From Octopus sinensis (lineage: Eukaryota), in assembly GCF_006345805.1 (NCBI RefSeq), contig NC_042998.1, positions 124,310,001 through 124,374,000 on the forward strand: 64,000 nt of DNA. The letters run 5' to 3'. Below are positions 10,306-24,993 of the stretch, in pieces (position 1 is the stretch's first letter; each line of letters begins with the position of its first letter). A program made the translations under genes and the position numbers. Below the pieces are notes generated by a model. It saw only the letters and a list, made by a program, of their open reading frames with translations, was not told where the DNA came from and ran no database searches.

Positions 10306-10830
10306 ACATACATACACACATACACATCTAATTTAATAAATGCGAAAACTAATTTCTGTGTGTCACTGTGTCACACTTTGCCCCCTCTCACTATTTAATG
10401 AAACTTCTTCGTGCTGGGGTTAGAGTAATAGTTAGCATAACGACGGTTATGACGGTGGCGAAGATAGAAAGAGACAAACAAACAAACAAACGAACAAAGA
10501 GGTAAAGAAAGAAAGAAAGAAAGAAAGAAAGAAGGAAAGAAAAAGAGAAGGAGAGAAAGAGAGACAAAGAAATTTAGAGAGAGAGTTGATGATGCTTCAT
10601 TAAAAGTAGTAGTGTTGATGGTGGCAATGTGAGTAATAAGAAAGAGAAAGAGAGATGTGAGAGAAAGAGGGAGATGACGTGCAACTTCCCTCGACAGAAA
10701 TTCCTGTGGCCAGCATGCTGAACCAACTACTGAACACTATCATTTTTGCTTTATTTTTGCTTTCTTTAATACATCGATATATATGTGTGTATGTATGTGT
10801 GTGTTCATATATGCATATACCTATACATAC

Positions 10831-10882
<52 letters not shown>

Positions 10883-11241
10883 CACTAACTGAAATAGAGT
10901 TTCCCCCAAATTATACATATCTAATATAATAAATGTGAACTTTACTCCTAGAGGCCGTATCCAAACATATCTTACCATTCTGGAATCAGGCTGACTCAGT
11001 GAGTAAATTAAAAACATTCCGTGCTGAATACGGACCTGCAATCCTGAAATTTTTCATTCATTACTGCGATTGTTTAAAGCGATTTTTTTTTACATGATTT
11101 TCAGCGACGAATATGATCATCATTAGGATATGACTCTTGAGGAAACGATTGCAACAAATTCTCCAAAACAAGTCACAGATCTGTTTGAAGATCTTCTCAT
11201 TTGGGGTTAGTTTCTTAAAAGATACGTACTAGCACAAAAGC

Positions 11242-11267
11242 CGCCCGAGAGGGCGATTTTAAGCTAG
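11242..11267 (+). mobile_element. Candidate Helitron 3' terminus
   Basis: Hairpin CGCCC-GAGA-GGGCG (11242-11255), 8 nt, then CTAG (11264-11267) followed by T. No 5' TC end identified. Confidence 0.4.
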
Positions 11268-11587
11268 TATGTAGCTTTGAAGCTAGACCCACGGTGTGGC
11301 ACTTAGTCAGGTGTCATCTAAATATATTCCGGGCCGACAAAAAGCTTGTGAGTGGATTTGCTAGACGGCGACTGACAGCAGCTTATCGTATATATGAGTG
11401 TATGTGTGCGAATATGTGTGTGCAGTATGTGGGTGCACGTATATGTGTGTTCACGTACGTGAATGTCGAACAATGAGAATGAGTGCTCAACACCGTATTG
11501 GTGGTCAAAGATCTGCACATATATCTGAACAGATATACATACACATGCACGCCCACACCCATATGTGTGTGTTTGTGTGTATATAAC

Positions 11588-11750
11588 AGGCGTAGCTTTG
11601 TGGTAGGAAGATTGTTTTCCAACCACATGTTTCCTGGTTCGTTACCACTGCGAGGCACCTTGGGCAAGTGTCTTCTACTATAGCCTCAGGCTGACCAAAG
11701 CCTTGTGAGTGGATTTGGTAGGCGGAAACTGAAAGAAGCCCGTTGTAAAT
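11588..11750 (+). mobile_element. tRNA-derived SINE, family 1 (head plus central domain); older partial copy at about 11290-11390
   Basis: Degenerate A/B boxes, then GGCACCTTGGGCAAGTGTCTTCTACTATAGCC..GTGAGTGGATTTGGTAG..GAAACTGAAAGAAGCCCG. Confidence 0.85.
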
Positions 11751-12149
11751 ATGTATGTATGTATATATATTTTGATAAAGAATATGTAACTTGTTTAAAA
11801 AAATAAATTGAAAAAGAATCTTCTAAACTTATTAAAAGAATATCAAGTAATTTTCACAGACTTTTAAATATATGCATGTGCGGATGCGCGCGCGTTTTTG
11901 TGTGTGTTTGAGTGTATGACTATCCTGTACCAATCAAGTCCTAGCCAGAACAAATACTAATTCAGTCATATACACCCTATAAACATAGGACAAGCTTCAA
12001 ACACCAGTCAGAATCAAGACGGTTGCAGTATAACCCATGTCTCTCTATGTCAACTTTTGATAATCAATGTAAACTGGGAAACCGGTTAAATCTTTAAATA
12101 CAGTAAATTTTAAACCATTCCCAGTGCATTTTTAACTTCTATTTTCTCT

Positions 12150-12188
<39 letters not shown>

Positions 12189-12392
12189 CATACATACATA
12201 CATACATACATACATACATACATACATACATACATACATACATACATACATACATACATACATACATACGTACGTACAAGCATACATATATTAAATATAT
12301 ATTTATTGATATATGTATATACGTATACATATTTTATATATGTATGTACGTATATATGTATACACATATATATACTTATATGTTTCCATATG

Positions 12393-12442
<50 letters not shown>

Positions 12443-15064
12443 TATGTGTATATGAATGTAATTTATTAAACGCACACGCGCACACTCATACATAATTATA
12501 TAAATGCACACACACATGTGCACGCACACACATTATTCATATTATTTACATAACATTATATTTAATTGTATATCTAATTTTATATTTAATGGACATTCCA
12601 GATTTTTGAAGCATTTATAATCAATGCACTTTCCTTTGTAACTATGACATTTAAAATTAAAATCAATACCGACAGTTACATAAAATAAACAATAAAGTCG
12701 ATAATAATGTAGCGGGCATTTTTATACATATCACATATGCAAATAAATGTTGTTCATTGCGGTACAAAAACGTGTTAGTTCGGTATACAATGATGCGTAC
12801 TTCACCGATTTCAGTGCTAAATTTAATAGCTTAAGTAGTATAGCTTCCAAATTTGTTTGTTTCCAATAGACTCATAATAAAATCAATAAGATCGATTCCA
12901 GGAATTCATTACTCCGTAAACGTATATTAGAATAACTGGTTTATTAGTTAGAGATCACCTGGTGAAAGAATGTATTTAGTTTTTATAATGTGCGACTGTG
13001 CTTTTATAATGTGTGTGCGTGTGAGGGGGTGAACTAAGAAGCTTAATAATTGCTCGCTAGTAAAATGTTAACCAACAATATCCGATTAATAAGTCTTAAT
13101 TTTCTAATAATTTGATATTCTAATAATTTGCATCCCTTCTGAGACTGGTGAGGTCGATGAGGTGGAGGTGCTTTCTCAGTTACTGGAAATCAGTTATTAT
13201 AGCAAAATCATAAACAGTAATAATGTTCTTTTGCGACATTCTAGAGAGAAAATAGTATACATTGTTGATAGAATGGCGCCTAGAAGAGAACAGATCATGT
13301 TCAAGAATGGAAATTGAGAGACAAGTGAATCGAGTGGATGTACGCGCAGGGAGCTATAACCAAATATTTCAGAGAAAAAAAGGGTATGTAATTGTAGTAG
13401 AGAAGGCAACATATAGCAGACTATATGCCTGATGAACAATTTCGAAACATACTCGGTATTACAAAAGAAGAAATTTCTTTCTCCATGGCATCACTCCATT
13501 TAATTTTTAATCAACCGAATGATTTACTTAATCAGGGTAGAATATTTGTAAGTTTATCAGCACTGCTCTTGATGTAGTAGCATTATTGATATGTGGATCT
13601 CTTTTAAGCATTACGCTTAGTAGATACTGGGAGCTGAAATAGTTTCTGACCATAAAGAGGAAAGCGAATTCCTATAATCCATTTGCCTTATATTGAGGAT
13701 ATATTATTGGCATGAGAAATCTTTAGCGGTTTTAAGGCTTAGAAAACTCAGCAAATGTGACTGTAGTACTTAGTTGTGTGTTGACTACACTAAAGAATAA
13801 TGAAGTTCAGTAGTGTTTCCTTGATATGTGAAGGACAAAGAATTTTCATGGCTGCATTTGAGAATATTTCTGAGTTCTCTTTTCATGGAGGCTGTGCAAA
13901 TTTAGTGTGATATCTACGTTGTATATTGAATGTTATTGTTCAACTTGGTTCAATCATTTGATTGCGGCTATGTTGTGGGCAACATCTGCGAAAGTTCTCA
14001 TCGCGTCAACCCCAATAGTTGCATCGATCTAGTTCTTATTTCATCAACTCTCTATTTCGCGTCGCTGAGTTACACTAGCACAAAGAATACATAAGAGATA
14101 GCGGATGATATTTAATGAGTAATGACTGCGGTTGTGAATTTCCAGTAATTTCCTCTTTCTTGCATACAATGCAATTCGCATGCGGTTATAATTGACATTT
14201 TTTTAAACAACTCTGTTAAATAAGAAAGTTTGAAGGATATGTGTATAAACAGATGGTTCTTCTAATTTGAAATGATTCTCAAAGTTATATATATATTTAA
14301 TGTAAACATAATTGTTCATTTACCTTTGAATTTATGCGGTTGCTAAATCTGAAAGCAGCCGTTTAGATATTTTATTTTTCAAATAATTTCCAAGCTCTTT
14401 AACATTTCTTATTACTTTTCATCACAAACGGAAAAAAAAGAACTTCTTTTGTAAAAACAAATTTAAAGTAATATTTTAAAAAGAAACAAAAAACATGTGA
14501 CAAGGATCAATTTGAATACAATATGAACAGTTTCACTTGAAAATAACAATGTACAGTTGACTTTTTCGCATTGATCAGTCACGGCAAAGGCATTACAGAC
14601 AGAATAGAATTAAAACTATTTGATTAAAATCAGCAGAAATTTATTGATCCACTTGAAATTTGTAAATTACTTTAGATTGTGGTCAAATAAGTTACTACAC
14701 ACTGGCCCTTCAAAGCCAAGGAAAAAGCTGCTATTTTTTAGTAGTGTTTGCCTCTGATGGTGTTCATGCACTCGCACACCTACACATACATAATACATAC
14801 ATACATACATACATAATTATTCATATATACATATGTATAAATAATTACTGGGTGTTGGCAGTGTTTGCCAAATATGAGTACGATTGTTTGGTTACGCTAC
14901 GAAGCAATTGTAGGATTTTTGTGGTATCATTAACCAGAGATTCGTTTTCATTTTCTACTGAAAGATTACAAATCTTTATATATTCAATATGGAATACTTA
15001 ATATATTGCGTTCTTGTACAAAAGTTTAAATTTTCTATGATCTCTATATATTTTCCTTGTATCA

Positions 15065-15324
15065 GTAATTAGATTGCGGCCATGACCTTGAAGAAATTTT
15101 AATGGAATGAATCGACGCCAGTACTCTTTCTTATTAAAGAATCATACTTAGTCTATCGGTCTCTTATGCTGAAACACTAAGGTACGGGGACGAAAAGAAA
15201 GTAACATCGGTTGTCAAGTGGATGGAAAAGACACAAAGACACACACACAGGAACACATATAGCCTCGGACCGACCAAAACCTTGTGAGTGGATTTGGTAG
15301 ACGGAAACTGAAAGAAGACCGTCG

Positions 15325-15373
<49 letters not shown>

Positions 15374-15715
15374 TATATATTATATATATATATACATACA
15401 CACACACATATATATATGTGTGTGTGTGTGTGTGTATGTGTATATATGTGTGTGTCTGTGTTTGTCCACCAACATTGCTATACAACCGATGCTGGTGTGC
15501 TTACGTCCCCGTAACTTCGGCAAAAGTGACCAATAGAAGAAGTACTAGGCTTACAAAGAATAAGTCCTGGGGTCGATTTCTTCGACTAAAGGCGGTACTC
15601 CAGCATGGCCGCAGTCAAATGACAGAAACAAGTAAAATAGTAAAAGAGTAAAGAGTATACGACGAGCTTCTTTCCGCTTCCGTCTACTAAATCCATTCAG
15701 AAGGTGGGACTGATC
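15065..15715. mobile_element. Cluster of family-1 SINE pieces in both orientations around (TA)n/(TG)n
   Basis: Minus tail at about 15065-15250, plus body-microsatellite-tail at about 15258-15655, minus fragment at about 15658-15715. Confidence 0.8.
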
Positions 15716-16576
15716 CCAGAACCATATAGTTGGAACGCAAACTTCTTACTGTACATAGAAATTATCAAAACATTAAAAATTGTTCCTTATATAACTAAAA
15801 TAAAATAATAATAATATAAATATATATTAAATGATGCGAAGCGAACATAGTGTTTGTAGCAAACCATATTACAGTTCTTCATATATGCTTTTCAGTCAGG
15901 TTCGTATGGGATGAAAATAAATTCATTAACTTCAGCACTTGCTTAACATATTTATCATATTTGTATTGATGTGTACTTAATTAAAGATAATCACACATTT
16001 AACGTGCTTTCCACGATGAAGTTTATGCCTTTCTGAATATATTCTTTAGCTTATAATACCACTTAATTTTTGCACTTACTAACCACTGAGCAATATCAGT
16101 AAAAACAATCATACCGTTACTATTTGGCTTGGAGTTATATACCACAACTCAGTAGGTCAAGCAAGTAGTTTCCTCTGCAAACTTGGTTCCTCGCCAATCT
16201 GTTGTGAGTTAAATTATGTAGAGTAAAACAGTCGATAAGCCATTGGAATAGACGTGCTTTTCTCTTGCGGTGGGACACGAAACATCGCCCGCTTTAACAC
16301 TGTCGCCTGTTCCTTGTAAGTCTTCCATCTGTTTGTTTCGTCTATTGAGAACGCATTAGTCGTCTGAGGAGAACTTCATTCCTTCCTCTTACTTGTCACA
16401 GAGATCTTGAAAATAAGAGGAGCTGCTCTTTCTCGGGAGTAAGCCATTAAAACAATCCAATATCCTTTAAATTCTGAAAAAGATTTCATTAGTCTACGAC
16501 AATCTGGAAACCACTTAGAAAGGAATCTTTGAGAACTAATTATTTCGTAACTTCGAATAATTAGTAATATCCCTTG

Positions 16577-16633
<57 letters not shown>

Positions 16634-19600
16634 TAGATATAGATATATATAGATATAGATATATATAATCATATGTATGATTTATTTATAAATTCTGTAC
16701 TGGATATTCATTCTTCAGTAATCTCCAGAAATGGAATATTTAAGATAAATACATGTATTTGTTAATGACACCGCGACACACAATTTTCAGTATTTAATAG
16801 GATGTTTAAAAACTTTCTGTCCTGAAAGAATTCCTAGCATACAAATATGATAAGTTGCGCTCTTTAAAACATACACAAAATATATAGTTTCCTTCCCTAA
16901 TGTACGACTACCGTAATTATCTAAAAAGTAGGCAAAAAGAATTATGATTTCATCTCAACTCTATTAACTGTACATAATAATTCAAAAATTTTTTTTCACT
17001 GATTGCAAGCGGCCATAATTAGATTATGATTTCGAGCTGCAGCTGATTCTGTTTCTGATAACTTATCCATTTAAAGTATTTTACAATGGCTTAGAAGTTG
17101 CATTTTATGTCTATATTTTCCATAAAAATGTAGATCCTTTATTATTAATGTTAATCCCATTTACTTAATTGATTAATATTTATTAAATGCTGAAATAATT
17201 GCTTCCGGCCATGTAAAATGTCTATGTATATAATACATTTTGCGATCAATAAAAATAATATTGTAGGCTGATATTACTGAATATTTTAGATTAGATAGCA
17301 AAGCGAATCGGCGATTTGCAAAACGGTTTCCTCGAAAAGCACAGAAACGTATATTTATTTTCATGACTTTTTCAATTTGAACAGAAATATGACGTCCGGA
17401 ACTTATAATATAATGAATGTTCTAGTTTCATTGACGTCATATATTGCCTAATTGGACAAGATGTGCTGGGAATTATAGAGATATATCACGTTACCTTGAG
17501 CAATTCTTTTCGATTACTCTGAATACTTGGCTGGATTAACAGCTGCATAGTTTGTAAAAAAGTGTTTAAAATGTCTATCCTAAAAGGCAACTCTGATACA
17601 CTTACACCCCCATATATATATATATTCTAAAGCTTTTGAGGTTGAATCTTCCTTAATGGTGGCTGGAAGCAAATACTGATTTCTACAAACTAACAAACTA
17701 CATCTAACAGAGAGCAAACATAAATCGACAGTTAGCTAAAATCGATACGTATATAATCAAATTTGTTACAGGATGCTTCTGTAGGAGTGTATATCCTATA
17801 GCTGTCGACGAAGGAAAAATCCGAAATTATCAATAGTAGGTTTGCTTTATTATATAAACCTACGGACTTCGTGTTATTTGACATCAATAATGACAACAAT
17901 ATTTCCCTAGGGGTTTGTAAGAAATAATTTTAGAAAATGCTATATCTAGATGTACAGTATAATCAAATTGCACAGAACGGTTTCGTTAAGTAGCATTAAA
18001 CACTCTAGTAACAAACCGAGTTTATTCTTAATCTTTCTGCATTGTAAATTAAGTTATTACTTACTTTTCTTCGAGACGTTACCGTTAACTATCTTGCTAT
18101 TTTTAATAAACCAATAACAATTTATTTTGTGTCACATGAGTATGTCGCAACATATAAACCCAGATATGCTGTAACTTCTATAGCAGGTGTACTTGTTATT
18201 CTTGTCGTTCATAAATTTAAATAATTAGGCAAGTAATTTTTAAATGCAGTTATTATTTTTAGAAAAGCGAAAACTATTCTTTATTAAGTGAATATACTGC
18301 AAAAGTAATCTGTATTGTTATTTCTAACGATATGCAATTTCAGACCATAGATTAAAGAAAACTACATAAGGGAAGTGGAGCGAGGAAACTGGAAAGCTAA
18401 GTGGGCAAATGAATGAATTTAAATAATTCAGATAAGTGCTGATATACCAACTGACATGCAGAAAATATTCTAAATCGATTAAAATTTGCCTCCTATAATT
18501 GATTTTACAGGAAATATAAATCTCACATCAAAACAATAATTTTCATGCTTGGGAGAGAAGCTGTTATTCTTCAGCAGATTAGGTGACATCGAATCTCTTC
18601 ACTGCTGCTCACACTTCTAAAGCTTGCTTTGATTTGTGAGCATATACATTTGCAAAGAGAAACAAACACAGACACAAAGAATTTTAATAAGTGCAATCTG
18701 CACCATTTCAAAAACTCAATTAAGGGAAATAACTAAAATAGGCCACTGGTAATTCAGATTCTGATGTACAAAATTACTCGTGCAAAAAATTTCGAATGTT
18801 CGCTACTGAGCGGATGAAAATGGCAATTCTTAGCGATTCCTAAAATAAACGAGTGATAACTTTAATAAATTAAGAATGCATTTCACAGAAAATTGAACAT
18901 TCAAACTCAACAGACGGAAAATATGACGATTGTTTGTATGGTAATTTGGCATCCTCAGGTAGGATTCAATATTATAAGACCCGATGTCATTAGTAGAGAG
19001 ATTTTACCGGTAGAATAATGAATTACGAAACAGTTTATGCTTGATAATTCAAATTTCAAAAAGGTTTTTTTTTTAAGTACTCTTAACCGAACAAACTTCA
19101 GCAAGCATAATATTGATTTATCTTCAGTTGGTTGTAGAAAAAGAAGTTTATATTACATTTGATTCAAAATTAGTACATAATCTATTTTAATTGTCCCCGA
19201 GTCATTCATTTATATATCGTTAAATAATATTATGAGTTATGCTATAGGAAGAGAACATTTTAAATTATCTCAGTGTCGGTTTAAATCGAAACAACTAAAT
19301 ACAAACGCAGAACGTTGAGAAATATGAGATTATTTTCCTGCTGTGATTTTGTTGATAAATTATAAAATTTCATCCATGTTGACACCGGCAATATTAAATT
19401 AGGTATTGTGTTAGAACAATAAATAATAAAATTATAAAAGTAAACATAAAGATGCATCGATTGTGACGTACAATCTCATAAAGTGACCTGCAGTATTTCG
19501 TGTAATTAAAGGAGCCTACCTTATGCTTAAGATGCTTGCTTTCAAGTGAAATAATTCTTGCTATTAATGCTGGTAAATAAGTAGTATGCAGAATACGGAG

Positions 19601-22600
19601 GTGTATGCATATAATTATGTATAAATGAATCTATGTGTTCATGCACTTAGGTACGCACAAGTGTCAATCCTATGTCTTGATTTGCAACTTATGCAGTTTT
19701 CTAGATATTGTACGACTTTACGAAATAGATCGCGCATTTATAATATAACGAAACGAGCAGTAGTCATCTAATTATTCTAACTTTTGCATTCAAAACATGT
19801 TTTGAAACAAGGTAGGGATAATTGACTACCTGAAATTAAATTGAAAGTAGTTTATCCTTTATTCACTTTGAATTCTCTATAATATTCTTCTCTTTCGTGC
19901 CTTCAGTCGCTTTTTGAGTGGCTTGATCGCCTCAATATACAACAGCGTATATTTAGAGGTCAGACTTGACCTTCTATAACAACAGTTTTAAATTACATTC
20001 TTGGCACGTTAAAGTAGTACTTTCTGGATTTTCTACCAATTCTCTGGAAGATAACGGTTTTGAGAGACACTGCGGGGCGAAATGGAATACCGTAGTTTTG
20101 TGCATATCTGCGTAACATCAAATTCATGGTGTTAGAGACGATAGAAACTTGATTGTTCAGAAACTGAAGGAATGCCTTAGGACTACAGGAGAATATATTA
20201 TGTAGGACAAGTCAATATACCAACAGTTTGGTACTTGGAGGGATTCATCCGCACTGGACAGCTTTGTGAGACTCTACTGAGAATCCTTTCATGACACTCC
20301 ATGTCAGATTTCAGTGAGATTTCCACATGGCAACGAAATGCGACAAGGTAATTGTAGAATATTCGAGAGAGTTGTGTCTGCTTATGCTAATGGTTTTTTC
20401 TGTTGTGAGCTCGATGACGAGTATTATTACTTTCTTTTGTTCCAACCAACATGTAATAAAATGTTTAGTGAAATTTTTCAAAACAATGACTGGGCTGGTT
20501 CAACCACTTACCGTGTAATTAAACTGGTATCTGTGTCAATTTCAATAAGTCCCGAGGTTGCACATTTACAAACAGTATAGTTTTGAAATTAAAATTGTTG
20601 AATAGTCACAGATGAGCACATTAGAATTGATATCCGAAGATATTTAAGTTTCGTCCTTATAACCTCTCCGGTTGTAGGCCACCGAGGCTGGCTTCGCTTT
20701 TCATCTTTTTTTTAAGTTGATCGAACAATTGTTCCCTGCATAGCCAATCGGCTACCTTTTCCACTAAAACCTTGTGTTCGCATGCCAATACGAAGAAATC
20801 AATATATTAGGAAGTTATATATATAAGCATCGTGTACTTAACCGGTATCCTTAAGAACAATTGTGATGGAAACCACAGTGTCGAACTAAACATCTTTCAC
20901 TATTTAGAAATATTTTTTGCATACCAAGTTCAAATCACACTGGTCAGTGTTTAATTTCATCAACTGTGATCTACAAATTCAAGATATCCATATATATTGC
21001 AAGCAATTCAATGGACCATGTCATTTCTCTGCAGACATACATTGATTCATGCCAGTTATGGGAACTGATAATGTTTAGAATAATTTTAAAAACAAACTTT
21101 AAAAACGTCATTTCTGGCATGCACAGTTTGAAAAAATAGTTTTGGAAAAACAATTTAGGAATGAATTGAATAAGTTGCAATAAATAGCTATTGTTTTTGT
21201 CATGGTTATTGTTGTTGTGAAGGGTGTCGCTATTATTGATAATCGATCATTGCATATTATTACAGCAGTACCACAATCCGCCACCAAGTTTCCGATATGC
21301 TTCATAAATTATATGACTGATTTTGTAACTTGTTTTGACAATTTATTAAAAAATTCTGACAGTGCTTAATACATTTCTGTCTTTGTTAAAAACCTATCCA
21401 TCATTGAATAGACGTCGCTTGATCTTAATAAATTTAGTGGTTACTTTGTTAAATCCTCCCGAAAGAAATCTGCTACTTCTCGTGAGGCCTCGATTAAATA
21501 CGATTAATATATAGTCATATATCGAAATTACTTCATCTCTATTCCATCGATACTTAATTTAAGGGAACGTGAGCTAATTATTTAATTAATAAATACTCGC
21601 GGTATTTATAAAATGTTCTTTACTTTAGAATTGGAATTGGAAAGATATTTTCACTTCATCTATATTCAATAAGTTTTCTGATACATGTTCTTTTTCCATT
21701 TTAAACACGGTTCTCAAATCCTGGCGTTCGAGAGGACAGATTCTTAAAACTTTTTTTTTATCTACCTTGACCTAAATGAGAGAAATGTTTCTCTTTTCAT
21801 CTGATGTCCAGTATTTGGGAGCAACTTGCAAAGAACTATGGTGGGGTGCGGGGCTATTGTTTAACAGGAAAGTTTCGCTTGACAAACAGCTGTTCAACAT
21901 TGCACTTAGAAACGTCTGCACTCTGTTGAAACGACGTGTATATATAACTACAATTCAAACGTAGTGTTTCTTGAATTAGATGGTAGAATATGAGATGTTT
22001 AAAAGTATTTTTATCGTTCGGTTTCTCACTCATTTATATGAGTTGTTGGTGTTGTGTTATTACGTTCATAAACACTGACATTATCTTTCAAGCTACTCGA
22101 AAGAATATACTAAGAAACTGTAATTAGAAAGAAATTGTAATATTGCAACAAAATAGAAGGAACTTCTGACTATCCAAAAGAGAACATCGAGATGATATAA
22201 ATACCTGCAAAAGTAAGTTTTAAATGCATACTTCTTAAGCACTGCTATTTTGTTACAAACATGTCCATCTGCTTGGTTTGATCTGTGATTCAGACGTCAA
22301 TACATGCCATCCAGTTTTAATATATCAGGAGTTTTTACAAGGTTTTTCAATCCCGATTTGGTTTTTCTTGCAATTATATAGTAATACAGAATTGTGTTTG
22401 TTTATGGTAGTAGGATATATACACTCCTTTGAAAATTGTAACTTATGCGCTTGTGTTTTTCCCACTAACATAATTGTCGTCGTATTGTTATTTAAACTAA
22501 ATTTCGATAACTATTTTCGTGACGTAACCCATGAAACATACCAGATACGTGTTAGTGATTACGTAAAAGTATTGAACTAATTTCAAAGCATATAAAGATT

Positions 22601-24654
22601 ACATTGTGGTGAAAGTAAACATGAAAAGATCATATTAATAGTGATTTTTACACATTTGTATGAAAAGTGTGTATTTTTTACCATCGCTTCTAAAATGTGG
22701 ATTCTATGGATTCTCGTGCCATACTAAGGTGCCATCGGCTTGTTTTCTCTCAGAAATATAAATAGATATAAACAGTTTCTATTACATCACAGCTGTTGAA
22801 TGGGTATTAGTATTTCGAGTGTCTATTTAATTTCATAAATATAGTCATGTTAATAATTAACCACACCTTGGAAACTCTAATCAGTTCCGTTTATATGAGA
22901 TGGAAAATAAACCGATGCACTTCACCATTAATAACCAAAAGCAATATGACCACCTGGTATTTTATATATAGTGGCTTCATTAATCATTCAAGTATTTATC
23001 TCGTAATATTTAACTGCTTAGAATGTCGAGATTTATTCAGCAAAATCAATATATGCCTCTCCGACAGAAACCCCAATTTTGCAGCCTAAATCTGATAGCA
23101 TTTTCTCAACTTGTGTAACATTTAAACTCTTTAAATCAACGCTTTAAATTGAAAGAAATGTTGTTTTGTTCATAAATAAGTTAGAAGTAATAAAACATTT
23201 TAATATGTGACCGATGGAGTATTAGTTTCTTTAGTCAGTTCTGTGAATATATCACCCGCATATTATATCTATTAGTTTGCATCGACATACATGGAAATCA
23301 TTCGTTATGTTCATTCATATGTATTTAAAATCATTGGTTTAGTGAATCAAACATCATGTGAAGCATTTAATTAAATTTGGGAATATAGAAATTTGAATTT
23401 CTACTGAAGCATAAAATGAATCTTCATAATTGCCTTCCATGCAAAATTCACTTTTATCACGTAATGATTGTCTGTAATATAATCATCCCACAAATAGCAA
23501 ATGTCTTTACCCCATACGAAACTTATCTTAATTCTTTCTTACTCTCAACTAAACTCATATGTTTTCACGTCATCGCAAACGATAGCAATTCTTATGAATT
23601 GATAGCTGAAAAAAGACATGTTATCTTTGAATCTGTCACTCCTTCCGCGGAAAATCTCAAATATTGAAAAACGATACGTTGATAATCACTACTATCATAA
23701 AATAGTACATTTATGATTTTTTAGATTCTAACTATGGGAAATGATGATGAACTTAATTTCACCTTTAAATGGTGGTTATAAATAATAAGGAAGCAATTCA
23801 CGTCAGAAAATCTGGAATGAAGTGTCATGCCTGTGTAAAATGAAGACAAGTATCGTGGTTCTAGTCTATGTAATTTAAAAGTCGTTTATGTTTATTCAAT
23901 ACGGTTAAGAACAGATGTGTGACAGGAAGTATATATAGTGTGTTAATATTCACCATGCTAGATGTTTCATTGGTTTGCCTGTTGCTTTTAATAAATTAGC
24001 TAAGCTGACATTCGGCGTAGACATGAAGTATTCAAGAACAATAATGTTGGGCAAAATGGGAAGTTATTACCTTGTATAAATAAGAACCATTGATATGTGG
24101 TAATACCATGAAGATTACTTCATGTCAATGATTCTAATTTATAGATTCTTATTTATGTAGCAGTAGCAGCACATCGTTTCAGTGTTGAGCAAATATACAT
24201 TCGATAACAATGAATATAATATGCTAGTAACTGATATTTACACAATTTCTGTTGAAGGTCCCTTCTAATGAGTGCTATTGAGTATGCATCACAATGATTT
24301 TTCATGAAACTATTGATATTAACGTTCCCTTTAATAACATATGTAATGGAATGTAAGTAAATAACTAATTATCCATAGGTGCGCTAACAAAGGATATATA
24401 TATATGTGTATGTGTGTGTGTGTATACACATATATGCATATATTTATACATATATATGTAAATATATATACATATATTTATATATATACATATATATATA
24501 TACATATACGTATATACACATATAAATATATCTATACACATAAATAAATATATATATAAATACATACATATATATGTGTATGTGTGTGGGTGGTGCGTGT
24601 GAGTACGTGTGTGTGTGTGTGTATGTGTGTGAATGTGTGTGCGTATCTTTTATT

Positions 24655-24880
24655 TGTCTCAGTCAATAGACCGCGGCCATGCTGAGGCACTGCCTTGAAG
24701 AAGCTTTAGTCGAATGAAGCGAGACTAGTATTCATATTTTTTAAGACTATTACGTATTCCATCGGAATCTTGCCGAACCGCTACATAACGGGAAGGTAAA
24801 CACGCCAATTCCTGTTGTGAAGCGGCAGTGGAGGACAAACACAGACACAAACACACGCGCACACACATACACGTACACAA
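24655..24880 (-). mobile_element. Degenerate family-1 SINE tail
   Basis: CAGTCAATAGACCGCGGCCATGCTG..GCCGAACCGCTA..GGACAAACACAGACAC aligns with the tail at 24994-25180. Confidence 0.7.
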
Positions 24881-24993
24881 ACACATACACACACATATCC
24901 AGGTAATTACAAACGTTTTGAAATGTTATCCGTCATATGATGGGTAAGTTTGGAAATATGTCTTGTCACCGTACATATCAACAGGAAACATAC

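Noticed and set aside
13140-13420. Possible ancient LINE RT fragment
   Set aside because: Only a vague resemblance (DRMAPRREQIMFKNG), with no diagnostic motif to support a call.
19990-20580. ORFs 20314-20580, 20327-20518 and a ~70-codon minus-strand open frame near 19990-20205
   Set aside because: No recognisable domain and no consistent splice structure; the lengths are within chance expectation.
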